Source: Candidatus Adlerbacteria bacterium (GTDB lineage Bacteria > Patescibacteriota > Minisyncoccia > Phycocordibacterales > SBAW01). From it: a DNA stretch of 64,000 bases. The stretch is from NCBI GenBank assembly GCA_029288895.1, contig JARIGK010000003.1:13868-77867 (forward strand). The letters are read 5' to 3'. Position 1 is the first letter of the stretch; each line of letters opens with the position of its first letter. Below the pieces are notes generated by a model. It was given only the letters and a program-made list of their open reading frames with translations, did not search any database and was not told the DNA's origin. Shown here in pieces: positions 51,976 to 60,651 of this stretch. The position numbers were made by a program, and so were the translations under genes.

Positions 51976-52476
51976 ATGCAAAAACCCCGCGTTGCGATTG
52001 TTGTGGCGATTGGTAAAAACCGCGAATTGGGTAAAAATAACCAGCTTTTGTGGCATATCAAAGACGACCTCAAGCGCTTTAAAGAATTGACGCTGGGCCA
52101 CCCCGTGATCATGGGGCGCAAAACCTTTGAGTCTATTGTGGCTATCTTGGGCAAACCGCTCCCCGGCCGCACTAATATTGTTGTGACGCGCGATCAGGAC
52201 TGGAGCCATGAAGGCGTCTTGGTATTCCACACGCTCGAAGAGGCACTCGCCAAAGCACGCGAATTAGACTCCGAAGAGATCCATATCGGCGGCGGCGCAG
52301 AGCTCTACAACCAAGCACTCCCCTTCGTCGACCGGCTCTACCTCACACTCATCGACGACAGCAAAGAAGCAGACACCTTCTTCCCCGAATACGAGAAAGA
52401 ATTTACGAAAGAAATCAGCAACGAAAAACGCGAGCTTGATGGGCTCGCGTATTCCTGGGTAACGTTGGAGAGATAA
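51976..52476 (+). CDS. folA: Dihydrofolate reductase
   Basis: 166 aa. VAIVVAIGKNRELGKNNQLLWHIKDDLKRFKELTLGHPVIMGRKTFESI is classic DHFR. Confidence 0.92.
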   Translation: MQKPRVAIVVAIGKNRELGKNNQLLWHIKDDLKRFKELTLGHPVIMGRKTFESIVAILGKPLPGRTNIVVTRDQDWSHEGVLVFHTLEEALAKARELDSEEIHIGGGAELYNQALPFVDRLYLTLIDDSKEADTFFPEYEKEFTKEISNEKRELDGLAYSWVTLER

Positions 52477-52477
52477 A

Positions 52478-52900
52478 TTATTTGACGTCCACGCCCATGC
52501 TGCGGGCGGTGCCTGCGATGATCTTCATTGCGGCATCGACATCGTTTGCGTTCAAGTCGGGGAGCTTCTGCTCTGCGATTGCACGGAGCTGGTCCTTGGT
52601 GATCGAGCCAATCTTGCTTGTGTTTGGCTTGCCCGAACCCTTCTCTGCCTTGAGCATTTTCAAGATAAGGCCAGACGCGAGCGGGGTTTTGAGTTCAAAG
52701 TCGTACGAGCGGTCTTCGTAGATGGTGATAACGCACGGCACCATGTCGCCAACCATTTCGCGGGTCGCATCGTTGAATTTCTTCACGAACTCACCGATGT
52801 TGATACCAGCAGGGCCGAGGGTAGTACCCAAAGGCGGAGCAGGCGTAGCCTTCCCTGCCGGGGCGATAATCTTCAATTTTTTCGTAACTTTCTTTGCCAT
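52478..52900 (-). CDS. rplK: 50S ribosomal protein L11
   Basis: 140 aa. ..APAGKATPAPPLGTTLGPAGINIGEFVKKFND.. is the L11 signature. Confidence 0.95.
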   Translation of the reverse strand: MAKKVTKKLKIIAPAGKATPAPPLGTTLGPAGINIGEFVKKFNDATREMVGDMVPCVITIYEDRSYDFELKTPLASGLILKMLKAEKGSGKPNTSKIGSITKDQLRAIAEQKLPDLNANDVDAAMKIIAGTARSMGVDVK

Positions 52901-52920
52901 AAAGGTATAGGGATACTACG

Positions 52921-53472
52921 TTAAATGCGCTTAATCTGCAAGAAGTCGAGCTCGACAGGCGTTTCGCGGCCGAACATCGACACAAGGACTTTGACCTTGC
53001 CGCGGCTCTCGTCTACCTCGCCCACTTTGCCATCCAATTCCTTGAACGGGCCGTCGACGATGACAACCGAGTCGCCCACTGCAACATCAATCGCGTGTTT
53101 GATCGAACCTTCCTTCTCCTGCATGCGGCCAAGCAGGGTATCGACTTCTTCTTGGCGAAGCGGTACCGGGTTAACACCCGAGCCAACGAAGCCTGTCACT
53201 CGCGGCGTGTTGCGGACCACGAACCACGACTGGTCGTCCACGATCATGTCCACAAGCACGTAGCCTGGGTACACCTTCTCTTCTTCTTCGACGCGGCGGC
53301 CACCTTTGATTTTGACGGTGCGCTCGGTCGGTACGACAACGTTAAAAATTTTGTCCTGGATTGCGAGGCTTTCGATGCGCTGCTTCAAGTTACGCGCAAC
53401 GGCATTCTCGTAGCCTGCGTAGGTGTGGATGGCGTACCATGCGCGCCCGACGCTTGAATCTTGTTTTGCCAT
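52921..53472 (-). CDS. nusG: Transcription antitermination factor NusG
   Basis: 183 aa. The NGN domain starts WYAIHTYAGYENAVARNLKQRIE and the C-terminal KOW is ..GDSVVIVDGPFKELDGKVGEVDESRGKVKVLVSMFGRETPVELDFLQI. Confidence 0.92.
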   Translation of the reverse strand: MAKQDSSVGRAWYAIHTYAGYENAVARNLKQRIESLAIQDKIFNVVVPTERTVKIKGGRRVEEEEKVYPGYVLVDMIVDDQSWFVVRNTPRVTGFVGSGVNPVPLRQEEVDTLLGRMQEKEGSIKHAIDVAVGDSVVIVDGPFKELDGKVGEVDESRGKVKVLVSMFGRETPVELDFLQIKRI

Positions 53473-53500
53473 GATTACTTAGAAATGAATGGATAAAGAA

Positions 53501-53671
53501 CTAGATAACCTTCTGGATGATGTACGAAAAGAAGTAGTCCAAGAGGCCAAGGTAGATAGCGGTTGCCAAGGACACAGCAATAACCACGAGCGTATAGGTA
53601 ACAGCCTGGCGGCGGGTCGGCCACGACACGTGCTTCATCTCTGCGCGAACGTCTTTGAGATAGGTAAACAT
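53501..53671 (-). CDS. secE: Preprotein translocase subunit SecE (56 aa; below the ORF-track length cutoff)
   Basis: Minus-strand frame reads MFTYLKDVRAEMKHVSWPTRRQAVTYTLVVIAVSLATAIYLGLLDYFFSYIIQKVI, a typical minimal SecE, directly upstream of nusG. The overlapping 70-aa track ORF in another frame is rejected. Confidence 0.7.
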   Translation of the reverse strand: MFTYLKDVRAEMKHVSWPTRRQAVTYTLVVIAVSLATAIYLGLLDYFFSYIIQKVI

Positions 53672-53803
53672 AAGGATTTTTTGCCAATTTTAAAACCCCT
53701 CCCGGGGCTTTGGTATGTGCATATCATACGCCTCTTTACCCCCTCAGTCAAGCAACAAAAAAGCCCCTTGAGTGGGGCTTTTTTGGGGAACATCTGAGTT
53801 AAT

Positions 53804-54604
53804 TTAGCGGATCTCGTAGGTCACCGAGACATCGTCGGTAACTTTGTTTTGGCCCGTTGAGATAGTTGGCGCAACGGCTGCCATATCTTTTGCCTGTGCG
53901 GTTGCTCCTGCCGAAGAATACATCATCGGCACTGGCATGCCGCCCGAGTTTTCGTTAAAGGCAGTGACTCGGACAATAGAGACGCCAAGCTGCTTTGCCA
54001 ATACATCTGCTTTTGCTTTTGCATCAGCGATAGCTTTGGTGCGCGCATCGGTCTGCACTTTGGTTGGGTCATCGAAGGTAAAGTTCAACCCCGAGACTTC
54101 TGTTGCGCCTTTGCTGCCAACACCTGCAAGCAAGTCCCCTGCTTTTGCTGTATCGCGCACCTTCACCGTTGTGGTCTGGCGCACTTCGTAGCCGCGCAAT
54201 ACTTGGCGGCCGCCCGGGCAGTAGCCATTAGTGCACGCAGTCTGCACGTAGTCGTACTGCGGCTCAATAGAATAATTGCTTGTTTGGATATCTTTTGCAT
54301 CAATACCAGCGCCCTTCAAATAGTCGGTGGTGGCATTTGCTTTCTGCGTCGCATCAGCTTGCGCATCAGCAACTGTTGCTTTGTCCGAGACAACGCTAAA
54401 CGAGAACGTTGCAATGTCTGGCACCGCCACCGCTTCGCCATGGCCCGACACCACAATAGTGTTTGCCGCAGCAATACCTGCGCCCACATAGCGCAAGCCC
54501 ATTACAGCCGCGAGGGCTTGAATTGCTAAAAAGATACCAAGCACAATCACAACGGCAAAAACTGCTTTGCGCAGCTTCTCGCCCGTTGCTCCTTCAAATG
54601 GCAT
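53804..54604 (-). CDS. SIMPL-domain (DUF541, BP26/OMP28-like) periplasmic protein
   Basis: 266 aa with an N-terminal TM/signal; composition and length fit the SIMPL family. A hairpin terminator (AAAAGCCCCTTGAGTGGGGCTTTTTTGGGG) sits upstream at 53758-53790. Confidence 0.6.
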   Translation of the reverse strand: MPFEGATGEKLRKAVFAVVIVLGIFLAIQALAAVMGLRYVGAGIAAANTIVVSGHGEAVAVPDIATFSFSVVSDKATVADAQADATQKANATTDYLKGAGIDAKDIQTSNYSIEPQYDYVQTACTNGYCPGGRQVLRGYEVRQTTTVKVRDTAKAGDLLAGVGSKGATEVSGLNFTFDDPTKVQTDARTKAIADAKAKADVLAKQLGVSIVRVTAFNENSGGMPVPMMYSSAGATAQAKDMAAVAPTISTGQNKVTDDVSVTYEIR

Positions 54605-54658
54605 AAAACGTGAAAAGTTATTAGTAACTAATTAATAGAAACTTCACGGGTGTAGACG

Positions 54659-55348
54659 CTATTGCACCGACTTTATTACCGACTTGATCTGCGCGTACGG
54701 CAATGCACCCGAAACTGGCGCCGCTTTGCCCGTCTTGGTGTTGATGACTATGGTGTACGGCGTGCCCGTGCCCCCTGCCCCTTCTGCCTCCGCGGTGTCT
54801 GCATCAATAACTTTTTGATATGTCGAGTTTGCTATGCACTGGTTGTACTTGGTCATGTCAGCGCCCAATTGTTTTGCAATCGATGCCGAATATGCAGGAG
54901 TGAGTGAAGCCTGGTTGTTAAACACCGTGTCTGCATATTTCCAGAAACCATCATTTCCAAGCTGCGCCGCGATACATTCTGCCGCGTTTGCTGCAGGGTT
55001 TGCCTGCGGGTGGATCGAGGTCAGCGGAAACTCACGGTACACCCATGCGATTTGTCCGTTTGACTCATCAACAATTTTTTTAATCGTTGGGTAAATCAAC
55101 GAGCAGAACGGGCACTGGAAGTCAGAATATTCGACCAAGACAATCGGTGCATTCGGCGAGCCGATGATGTGGTCGTTTGATGACGGCGGGCGGATGCTTG
55201 CCGCAGAGATGTCGGCCTGGCCCGCCACTTGGCCACCTTGTGCTGGAGCAGCAGCGTGGTTGTTGGTCAATACAATAGCGCCCGCGATGATAATGCCGGC
55301 AATAACAATCGCCATGGGCGATGTAAGTTGGAATTTCGTTTCAGACAT
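54659..55348 (-). CDS. DsbA-family thiol:disulfide oxidoreductase
   Basis: 229 aa with a signal/TM and a CxxC active site FQCPFCSLIYPT in a thioredoxin-fold context. Confidence 0.78.
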   Translation of the reverse strand: MSETKFQLTSPMAIVIAGIIIAGAIVLTNNHAAAPAQGGQVAGQADISAASIRPPSSNDHIIGSPNAPIVLVEYSDFQCPFCSLIYPTIKKIVDESNGQIAWVYREFPLTSIHPQANPAANAAECIAAQLGNDGFWKYADTVFNNQASLTPAYSASIAKQLGADMTKYNQCIANSTYQKVIDADTAEAEGAGGTGTPYTIVINTKTGKAAPVSGALPYAQIKSVIKSVQ

Positions 55349-55363
55349 ATACCAACTATAGCA

Positions 55364-55744
55364 CTAGTTGGTTGAGCTTTTTTTGAGCAAATCGCGGATC
55401 TCTTCGAGGAGCTTTTCTTCGTTGGTCTTTTTTGGCGCCTCAGGGCTACCTTGGAAACGAGTCGTGAGTTTGTTTACTGGCAACACCACGCAGAAATACA
55501 CAACCGTTGCAATGATGACGAATGAGATAAGCGAGTTGATGAAGTCCCCGTAGGGCACTACGACGCCGCGCACGGTAACATCCCATTTTGAAAAATCCGG
55601 TTGATGCACTAATGCCGAAATAAGCGGTGTAAAGAGGTCTTTGACGAGCGCGTTGACGACGGCACTAAATGCAGCACCGACCATAAGACCGACTGCCAAG
55701 TCGACTACATTGCCACGCAAGATAAAGTTTCTAAATCCTTTCAT
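55364..55744 (-). CDS. mscL: Large-conductance mechanosensitive channel
   Basis: 126 aa. MKGFRNFILRGNVVDLAVGLMVGAAFSAVVNALVKDLFTPLI is the canonical MscL N-terminus/TM1. Confidence 0.92.
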   Translation of the reverse strand: MKGFRNFILRGNVVDLAVGLMVGAAFSAVVNALVKDLFTPLISALVHQPDFSKWDVTVRGVVVPYGDFINSLISFVIIATVVYFCVVLPVNKLTTRFQGSPEAPKKTNEEKLLEEIRDLLKKSSTN

Positions 55745-55757
55745 ACCGTTGTTCTAC

Positions 55758-56204
55758 TTATTTTTGAAGTTTACTAATATCCCCTATCAGCTTCTGGAGA
55801 TCTTTTTGGATTTCTTCCAAGGTCTTGCCCTGCGCTTCGTCGCGGATATCGTCTTGTTTGTCATCCTCTTGGATCTCGTCGATGTCTTCTTGAATTTCGT
55901 CCACGTCCTCCTGAATTTCATCAACGTCCTCCTGGATCTCATCAAGATCCTCCTGGATTTCGTCGATGTCTTCTGCCTGATAATTTATCGTCATCTGGAT
56001 GAAGATAGATAGGTAGATGGCTTCGAGCGAGACAATGGTGGTAAGCACAAGCAGCATACGGTCAAAGGCAACCAAGCCCGTCCATACGGCGGCAAAGCTC
56101 GCAATGAAGAGTACGCTGTGCACAATGATGGACTCCAAAGAACCCACTGAACGGGTCACCATCAATGCAAACTCTTCCAACTGTTCCTTGGGTTTCTTAG
56201 CCAT
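55758..56204 (-). CDS. DUF1003-like membrane protein with a C-terminal tandem DEIQED hexapeptide repeat
   Basis: 148 aa with two TM helices, then AEDIDEIQEDLDEIQEDVDEIQEDVDEIQEDIDEIQEDD. This is encoded by a six-fold 18-nt tandem repeat at 55861-55975. Confidence 0.6.
   Translation of the reverse strand: MAKKPKEQLEEFALMVTRSVGSLESIIVHSVLFIASFAAVWTGLVAFDRMLLVLTTIVSLEAIYLSIFIQMTINYQAEDIDEIQEDLDEIQEDVDEIQEDVDEIQEDIDEIQEDDKQDDIRDEAQGKTLEEIQKDLQKLIGDISKLQK
55861..55975. repeat. Tandem 18-nt coding repeat (about 6 copies) inside the DUF1003-like gene
   Basis: GAT(C/T)TC(G/A)TC(G/C)A(T/C)GTCCTCCTG-like units are visible as repeated ...ATCTCGTCGATGTCTTCTTGAATTTCGTCCACGTCCTCCTGAATTTCATCAACGTCCTCCTGGATCTCATCAAGATCCTCCTGGATTTCGTCGATGTCTTC. 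Confidence 0.7.
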
Positions 56205-56218
56205 ACGCTGTTCTGCAA

Positions 56219-56980
56219 TTATATCTCTATAGCACGCGCTTCCAGCATGAGGAAGAGGGGTATTTCTTTGCGCGCAGTATCTTCGGCTTTTTTACGTGGG
56301 CCTTTTTCGCTCTCTTTGTGTGAGATCCATTCTTCGAGACGTGTTATAGCGAACCCGGCTTTAAACAACGCTTTCGAAAAATCCTGCAATGAGCGGTGGT
56401 GCGACACAGTCGTGGCGCTGTTTTTCTTACCCGGGTGCACGAGGAGTTCGGCGCGGTTGGCAGACAAGTACGAATCGACGCGGCGGTACTGAACATTCTT
56501 TTCTTCATCAAACCCCCAGTGCGTCTCCCCTGGGTTGCGGAAGGCTGGGTGCATCATCACAAGCACAAGCTTCCCTTCCTTCTTCAGTACACGCTTGGCT
56601 TCGGCAAAGACGCCCGCGATATTTTCGATATTTTGTATCGCGAGTACAACTGTTGCCGCATCGAACGTCGCGTCTTTGGCAAAATTCAAATTGTCTGCTT
56701 TGGAAACGTAGTACTGTATCTCTTTTGGAGAAAGTTTCTTTGCTTCGGCAATTAAATTCGTTGAAAGGTCTGCTGCCACGACATCCGCACCCGCTTTCCT
56801 AAACTCACGCGAGAAAAAACCTTGCCCGCACGCAATGTCTATCAGCTTCGTTCCCTGCTTGATGCCAAGCACGCGCACCAAGTTCGGCAAAATCACCTGT
56901 CTTTGATATGTATCTTCCGACTCTTCCAAATAGTTGGAATACCACTCTGCGGAAGAGTCCCATGATGTATTCTTTTTCAT
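56219..56980 (-). CDS. Class I SAM-dependent methyltransferase
   Basis: 253 aa with motif I LIDIACGQGFFS and post-I ADLS. Confidence 0.75.
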   Translation of the reverse strand: MKKNTSWDSSAEWYSNYLEESEDTYQRQVILPNLVRVLGIKQGTKLIDIACGQGFFSREFRKAGADVVAADLSTNLIAEAKKLSPKEIQYYVSKADNLNFAKDATFDAATVVLAIQNIENIAGVFAEAKRVLKKEGKLVLVMMHPAFRNPGETHWGFDEEKNVQYRRVDSYLSANRAELLVHPGKKNSATTVSHHRSLQDFSKALFKAGFAITRLEEWISHKESEKGPRKKAEDTARKEIPLFLMLEARAIEI

Positions 56981-57002
56981 CCTAGGACTTAGTTATACAA
57001 CA

Positions 57003-59045
57003 TTACAGTGCCGCGACATGTATAACCATCGATTTTTCTGAATAATTACCAGCATTGTCATACACACGCAATGTCACTGTCTGGTCGCCAGGGGTTAGGA
57101 ATGGGACCATTAATTCTGTGCCGACAGGCAAGAAAAGGTGCCCGCCTAGGTCGATATAGTAATTTTTTTGAATCCCGCTTCCAGCATCAGATGCGTCAAA
57201 TGAGAAGCGGACAACGTCGCCGACCTTAACCGTAGTATTACTTGCAATAAATGATGTAATCGTCGGCGGCGTTTGATCTACCTGGATTTTATACGTTGCG
57301 GCACGTCCACCCGTGCTTAGCCCAAGATGGAAGTAAAACACTCCATCGCCCGGCGCCTGAAGCACAAGCTCGTTACTCGTCGTACTATATTTGCCCAGCA
57401 GATCAGAGGTGGATTGCTCATCAAAATTATACAAATAGACGCTTCCTGCCTTGCCACGCCAGACAAAACGAATAGCGTTGCTAGAATACCAACGGCTCTG
57501 GTTTGGATGAGAGGGTGAAAATAGGACGAATGTCCTGCCAGGAGTGCTCGTGCCGTGTATGTTCTGGAGCGCCGAGTCGAAGGTATCTACTTTGTAACTG
57601 CTGTCCTGTGACATGCGGAGTACGTTTGTCCCTAGCCCATCATCGGCTAATACTTTTGTCTCGGCTGGATCAAACGAAAGTGAGAATGTTCCTGCACGCA
57701 CTGACTCTGTAACAATGTCCGCAAGAGGCAGTGAATGACGGCCCTCGTCCGATATATTGAGCAGAACACAACTCATGCGCGCCTCACCATGAACTTTGTC
57801 GATAGTATTTTCTATTACGTATGAACAGGTCGAACTCGATACATCGATAGAAACAATTTTTATTGCGGAAGGATCGTACCGAATCCCAAATTGGGCCGCA
57901 TTAATCGACTCGTCGCCAGTATCTACTACTACTTGGAAAGTTTGATCGAACCCTAATGAGTAAATGCCGCTCTCGGGCTGGAATCGGAGCGTGGAGTTGT
58001 ACAAATTGTATGGGACGGGTTTTAGCCGCAGAAAGGTCTGATTTTGGAAACTAATAAATACGAACGAAGCCACCGCCACCGGAATGATAGCCGCCATCAA
58101 CAGTATGTAGTAGCGCCACGTGCGCTCATCGGACTTTGTGGCGCGATGAGCAAAAAGTGCGAGCACCAAAAAGGTTCCAAGTGTAAGAAGTATGATCACA
58201 AACTTAAACCCACTTGTGGGGTCTTGCCGTGGCAAGAAAATCAACACCCCACCAGGGCTTTGTTCGAGGCCTGGAAACACAATGTTTTTTACAAAATAAT
58301 ATTCATTGTTTTTAAAATAGATCGTCTGTTCCGTAGTTCCCTTTTGGATCCAGTCAGAGCCGCTGTTAAAGTACGAAGCAACGAGACTCTTTATTGACGG
58401 GTCTGTAAAACTCGATGCACTCACCCCAAACTCTTTTGTATAAAAAACAACTTGGCTACCAGGCGGCAAATATGCATCGCGTATGTGGGTTGCGTACGCA
58501 TCATTCACGGTGTAGCTCGAAAAGAGCGCACCCCCAAGCTCATCGTTTTTAATAATAGGCAAACCCGTCACAACAACCATTGCCGATGGATTAATACCTA
58601 CCTCGACACTTTGAGGACTCTTTCTTGCTGCAACCGCCCGACCCACCGCAAACCCAAGAAAGACATTGCTGCCTAGATTACTTGCACTTTTTGTACTCCC
58701 TATGAGCACCCCACTGGCATCCGCCACACCGAAGTTGATGGTGCTATATTCGGTTTGTTTTTCTTTGAGCAACTTCAATACACTGTCTGTTTTATTAGAT
58801 AGAAGATCGTCAGCAGCGTCGTGCGACACCGCTTGTGAGGCATTGCGCAGAGTAGTAAATTCGCTTTCAAGCCCCGTATTAAATAACGTCGTCGCGCGTT
58901 CGCCAAGCCACGACGTATACAGCGCCCCACTAAGATGGAAGAAGACGATAAGACCGACGAATACGCCTACCGTTATAAAAAGCGTTTTGAACAAAGATAA
59001 CGCTGTGCGTAGCATATGTCGGTCGTTCCACGAATGGCCTTTCAT
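57003..59045 (-). CDS. Large membrane-anchored extracellular protein
   Basis: 680 aa with an N-terminal TM (LFITVGVFVGLIVFF), a second TM pair near residues 280-330, and C-terminal Ig/cohesin-like beta-rich regions. No confident family assignment. Confidence 0.5.
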   Translation of the reverse strand: MKGHSWNDRHMLRTALSLFKTLFITVGVFVGLIVFFHLSGALYTSWLGERATTLFNTGLESEFTTLRNASQAVSHDAADDLLSNKTDSVLKLLKEKQTEYSTINFGVADASGVLIGSTKSASNLGSNVFLGFAVGRAVAARKSPQSVEVGINPSAMVVVTGLPIIKNDELGGALFSSYTVNDAYATHIRDAYLPPGSQVVFYTKEFGVSASSFTDPSIKSLVASYFNSGSDWIQKGTTEQTIYFKNNEYYFVKNIVFPGLEQSPGGVLIFLPRQDPTSGFKFVIILLTLGTFLVLALFAHRATKSDERTWRYYILLMAAIIPVAVASFVFISFQNQTFLRLKPVPYNLYNSTLRFQPESGIYSLGFDQTFQVVVDTGDESINAAQFGIRYDPSAIKIVSIDVSSSTCSYVIENTIDKVHGEARMSCVLLNISDEGRHSLPLADIVTESVRAGTFSLSFDPAETKVLADDGLGTNVLRMSQDSSYKVDTFDSALQNIHGTSTPGRTFVLFSPSHPNQSRWYSSNAIRFVWRGKAGSVYLYNFDEQSTSDLLGKYSTTSNELVLQAPGDGVFYFHLGLSTGGRAATYKIQVDQTPPTITSFIASNTTVKVGDVVRFSFDASDAGSGIQKNYYIDLGGHLFLPVGTELMVPFLTPGDQTVTLRVYDNAGNYSEKSMVIHVAAL

Positions 59046-59719
59046 ACCCTATTCTTTTTATTTAAAAAAGCATCGAGGTACATGAGCGGTGTGCCGACAA
59101 GCATAGCAAGTGACTTAATTAACCACCCTGCCAGAATAAGCTGAAGCAGCATGCCCCCGCTCGCATCAAAAAATGTAATGGTAAAGAAGAACAAACTATC
59201 AATCATCTGGGCAACAATGCTTGCAGCGTTTACACGAAGCCAAAGATATTTCCCTTTAAAGCGCTCGTACAAATAATGATAGATAGATATGTTTATATAC
59301 TGTGCGAAAATAAAAGCGACGAAACTGCCTAGGATGGAGTGTGGTGCAAACGTGACGAGTACGGAAATTGCACTGTTAATTGCAGCGCTTGCTGCAAGTC
59401 CTGGGGTCTGCGCAGCAATTTGAGACACAAGGTAGAAAAATGCCAGCACAAAACAGCCGAAGTAGATCGTCTGGAGCGCGGCTTTTTTGCCGTGCCGTTC
59501 ATATATCAAGTACGTAGCAAAAAATATCGACGCATAAAATATATTGCCTATATTCGTTGTTACCCCAAACTGCGAGATGATTTTTGCGCCGAAAAATCCG
59601 ATAAGTAAAAAGTTTATCGCAATAGTGCCATAGAGCCACTGCGCCCCTATGCGCGCAGCAAGGAGGACGAGCGAAAGGTCAACTACTGAGCGGGCAAGAA
59701 ACAGCGCCTCTACTGGCAT
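59042..59719 (-). CDS. yhhQ: Queuosine-precursor transporter (YhhQ / DUF165, VUT family)
   Basis: 225 aa polytopic membrane protein whose length and hydrophobic profile are typical of YhhQ; its stop overlaps the upstream gene start. Confidence 0.7.
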   Translation of the reverse strand: MPVEALFLARSVVDLSLVLLAARIGAQWLYGTIAINFLLIGFFGAKIISQFGVTTNIGNIFYASIFFATYLIYERHGKKAALQTIYFGCFVLAFFYLVSQIAAQTPGLAASAAINSAISVLVTFAPHSILGSFVAFIFAQYINISIYHYLYERFKGKYLWLRVNAASIVAQMIDSLFFFTITFFDASGGMLLQLILAGWLIKSLAMLVGTPLMYLDAFLNKKNRV

Positions 59720-59744
59720 ACCATAAGTATACCGTTACTTTGCG

Positions 59745-59792
59745 AGGGATTGGTTCTGCTGCGTTGAAGCTCAGAGGCTTAGAGAATTGGCT
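59745..59792. repeat. Copy A of an imperfect direct repeat of about 48 nt (partner at 60652-60700)
   Basis: GAGGGATTGGTTCTGCTGCGTTGAAGCTCAGAGGCTTAGAGAATTGGC versus AAGAGATTGGTTCTACGGCGTTGAAGTTTCGTGGCTTTCAGAATATGGC, about 77 percent identity in the same orientation. Both copies are followed by a ...CAACAG... stretch. Confidence 0.6.
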
Positions 59793-59829
59793 TGTTTCTC
59801 CAAGGAAGCAACAGAAAGTAAAAAACCCT

Positions 59830-60576
59830 TTAGTGAGCAGTTACAGAAGCTCTGCACGGACTTCCTGCCCCGCCAGGTCCTCCAACATAGAGTGTAATTG
59901 GAGAAATGCCTGCATCTTTTATAACAACCGTTTTCGATCCCTGTGTAACCGTAGGAGCGTAATCCATTTGCGTCAAAATATCATCGTTGCCTCCTGGAGT
60001 ATCAATTCCCCAACTTGCACTAGTAGCATTCTCAGAATTCCAAGCGACCGTCACTTTGCCACCGACAGCAACGACAGGTGGCGTAATACTTAAAGTGCAG
60101 GTTGCAACTGGTGGCAGCATCGATATTTTTAATATTCCACTCGTCAGGAGTGCGTGTGAATCTCCATCATAAAGACCTACGGAATAATCACCGTTTGAAA
60201 AGTCGTAGCCGCGGTAGCCCGTAATTGGAACCATGGTCCAGTGGCCGTTTTTAATTTCAATAGCTTTGTCTGAACTTCGTGCAACATATTCCGGCGCATA
60301 TGCATCCCATGATGGGGTTGAATCCCCTTTAACAACAATCAGTACTAGATTTGATGTGTTCGATACCGTTCCCGTAAGAGCTGGAGTTAGCACTGACTGA
60401 GAAAGTGTTTTTTGATCAATCGTTGCAGAAGGTGTTGATCTTGCGGTTGTAGAAACAGAACCCTGAAACGTTGGCGCTTTATGCAACATGTAGTATGTTC
60501 CTGTTCCCATTCCAAGGATTAAAACTATTCCTAGCAAAATTGGAAGCCACGCAAAGCCCTTTTGAAAATTATTCAT
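59830..60576 (-). CDS. Secreted/membrane-anchored hypothetical protein
   Basis: 248 aa with an N-terminal TM/signal and a Ser/Thr-rich linker. It is flanked by the two repeat copies. Confidence 0.5.
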   Translation of the reverse strand: MNNFQKGFAWLPILLGIVLILGMGTGTYYMLHKAPTFQGSVSTTARSTPSATIDQKTLSQSVLTPALTGTVSNTSNLVLIVVKGDSTPSWDAYAPEYVARSSDKAIEIKNGHWTMVPITGYRGYDFSNGDYSVGLYDGDSHALLTSGILKISMLPPVATCTLSITPPVVAVGGKVTVAWNSENATSASWGIDTPGGNDDILTQMDYAPTVTQGSKTVVIKDAGISPITLYVGGPGGAGSPCRASVTAH

Positions 60577-60651
60577 TGGCTTAAATATATCAGCTAAAAA
60601 CCTTGGGGTGCCTTACGCTTCAAAACTCAAAACCAATGCTGGATTGACTGA

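Noticed and set aside
51208-52230. 340-aa track ORF for the CYTH gene
   Set aside because: Its upstream 116 codons overlap folA on the opposite strand and lack protein character. The conserved CYTH ExExK motif begins at the internal Met, so the start is re-assigned to 51882.
53475-53687. 70-aa minus-strand ORF upstream of nusG
   Set aside because: A different frame at the same position encodes a textbook SecE, while the 70-aa frame has no TM helix consistent with SecE.
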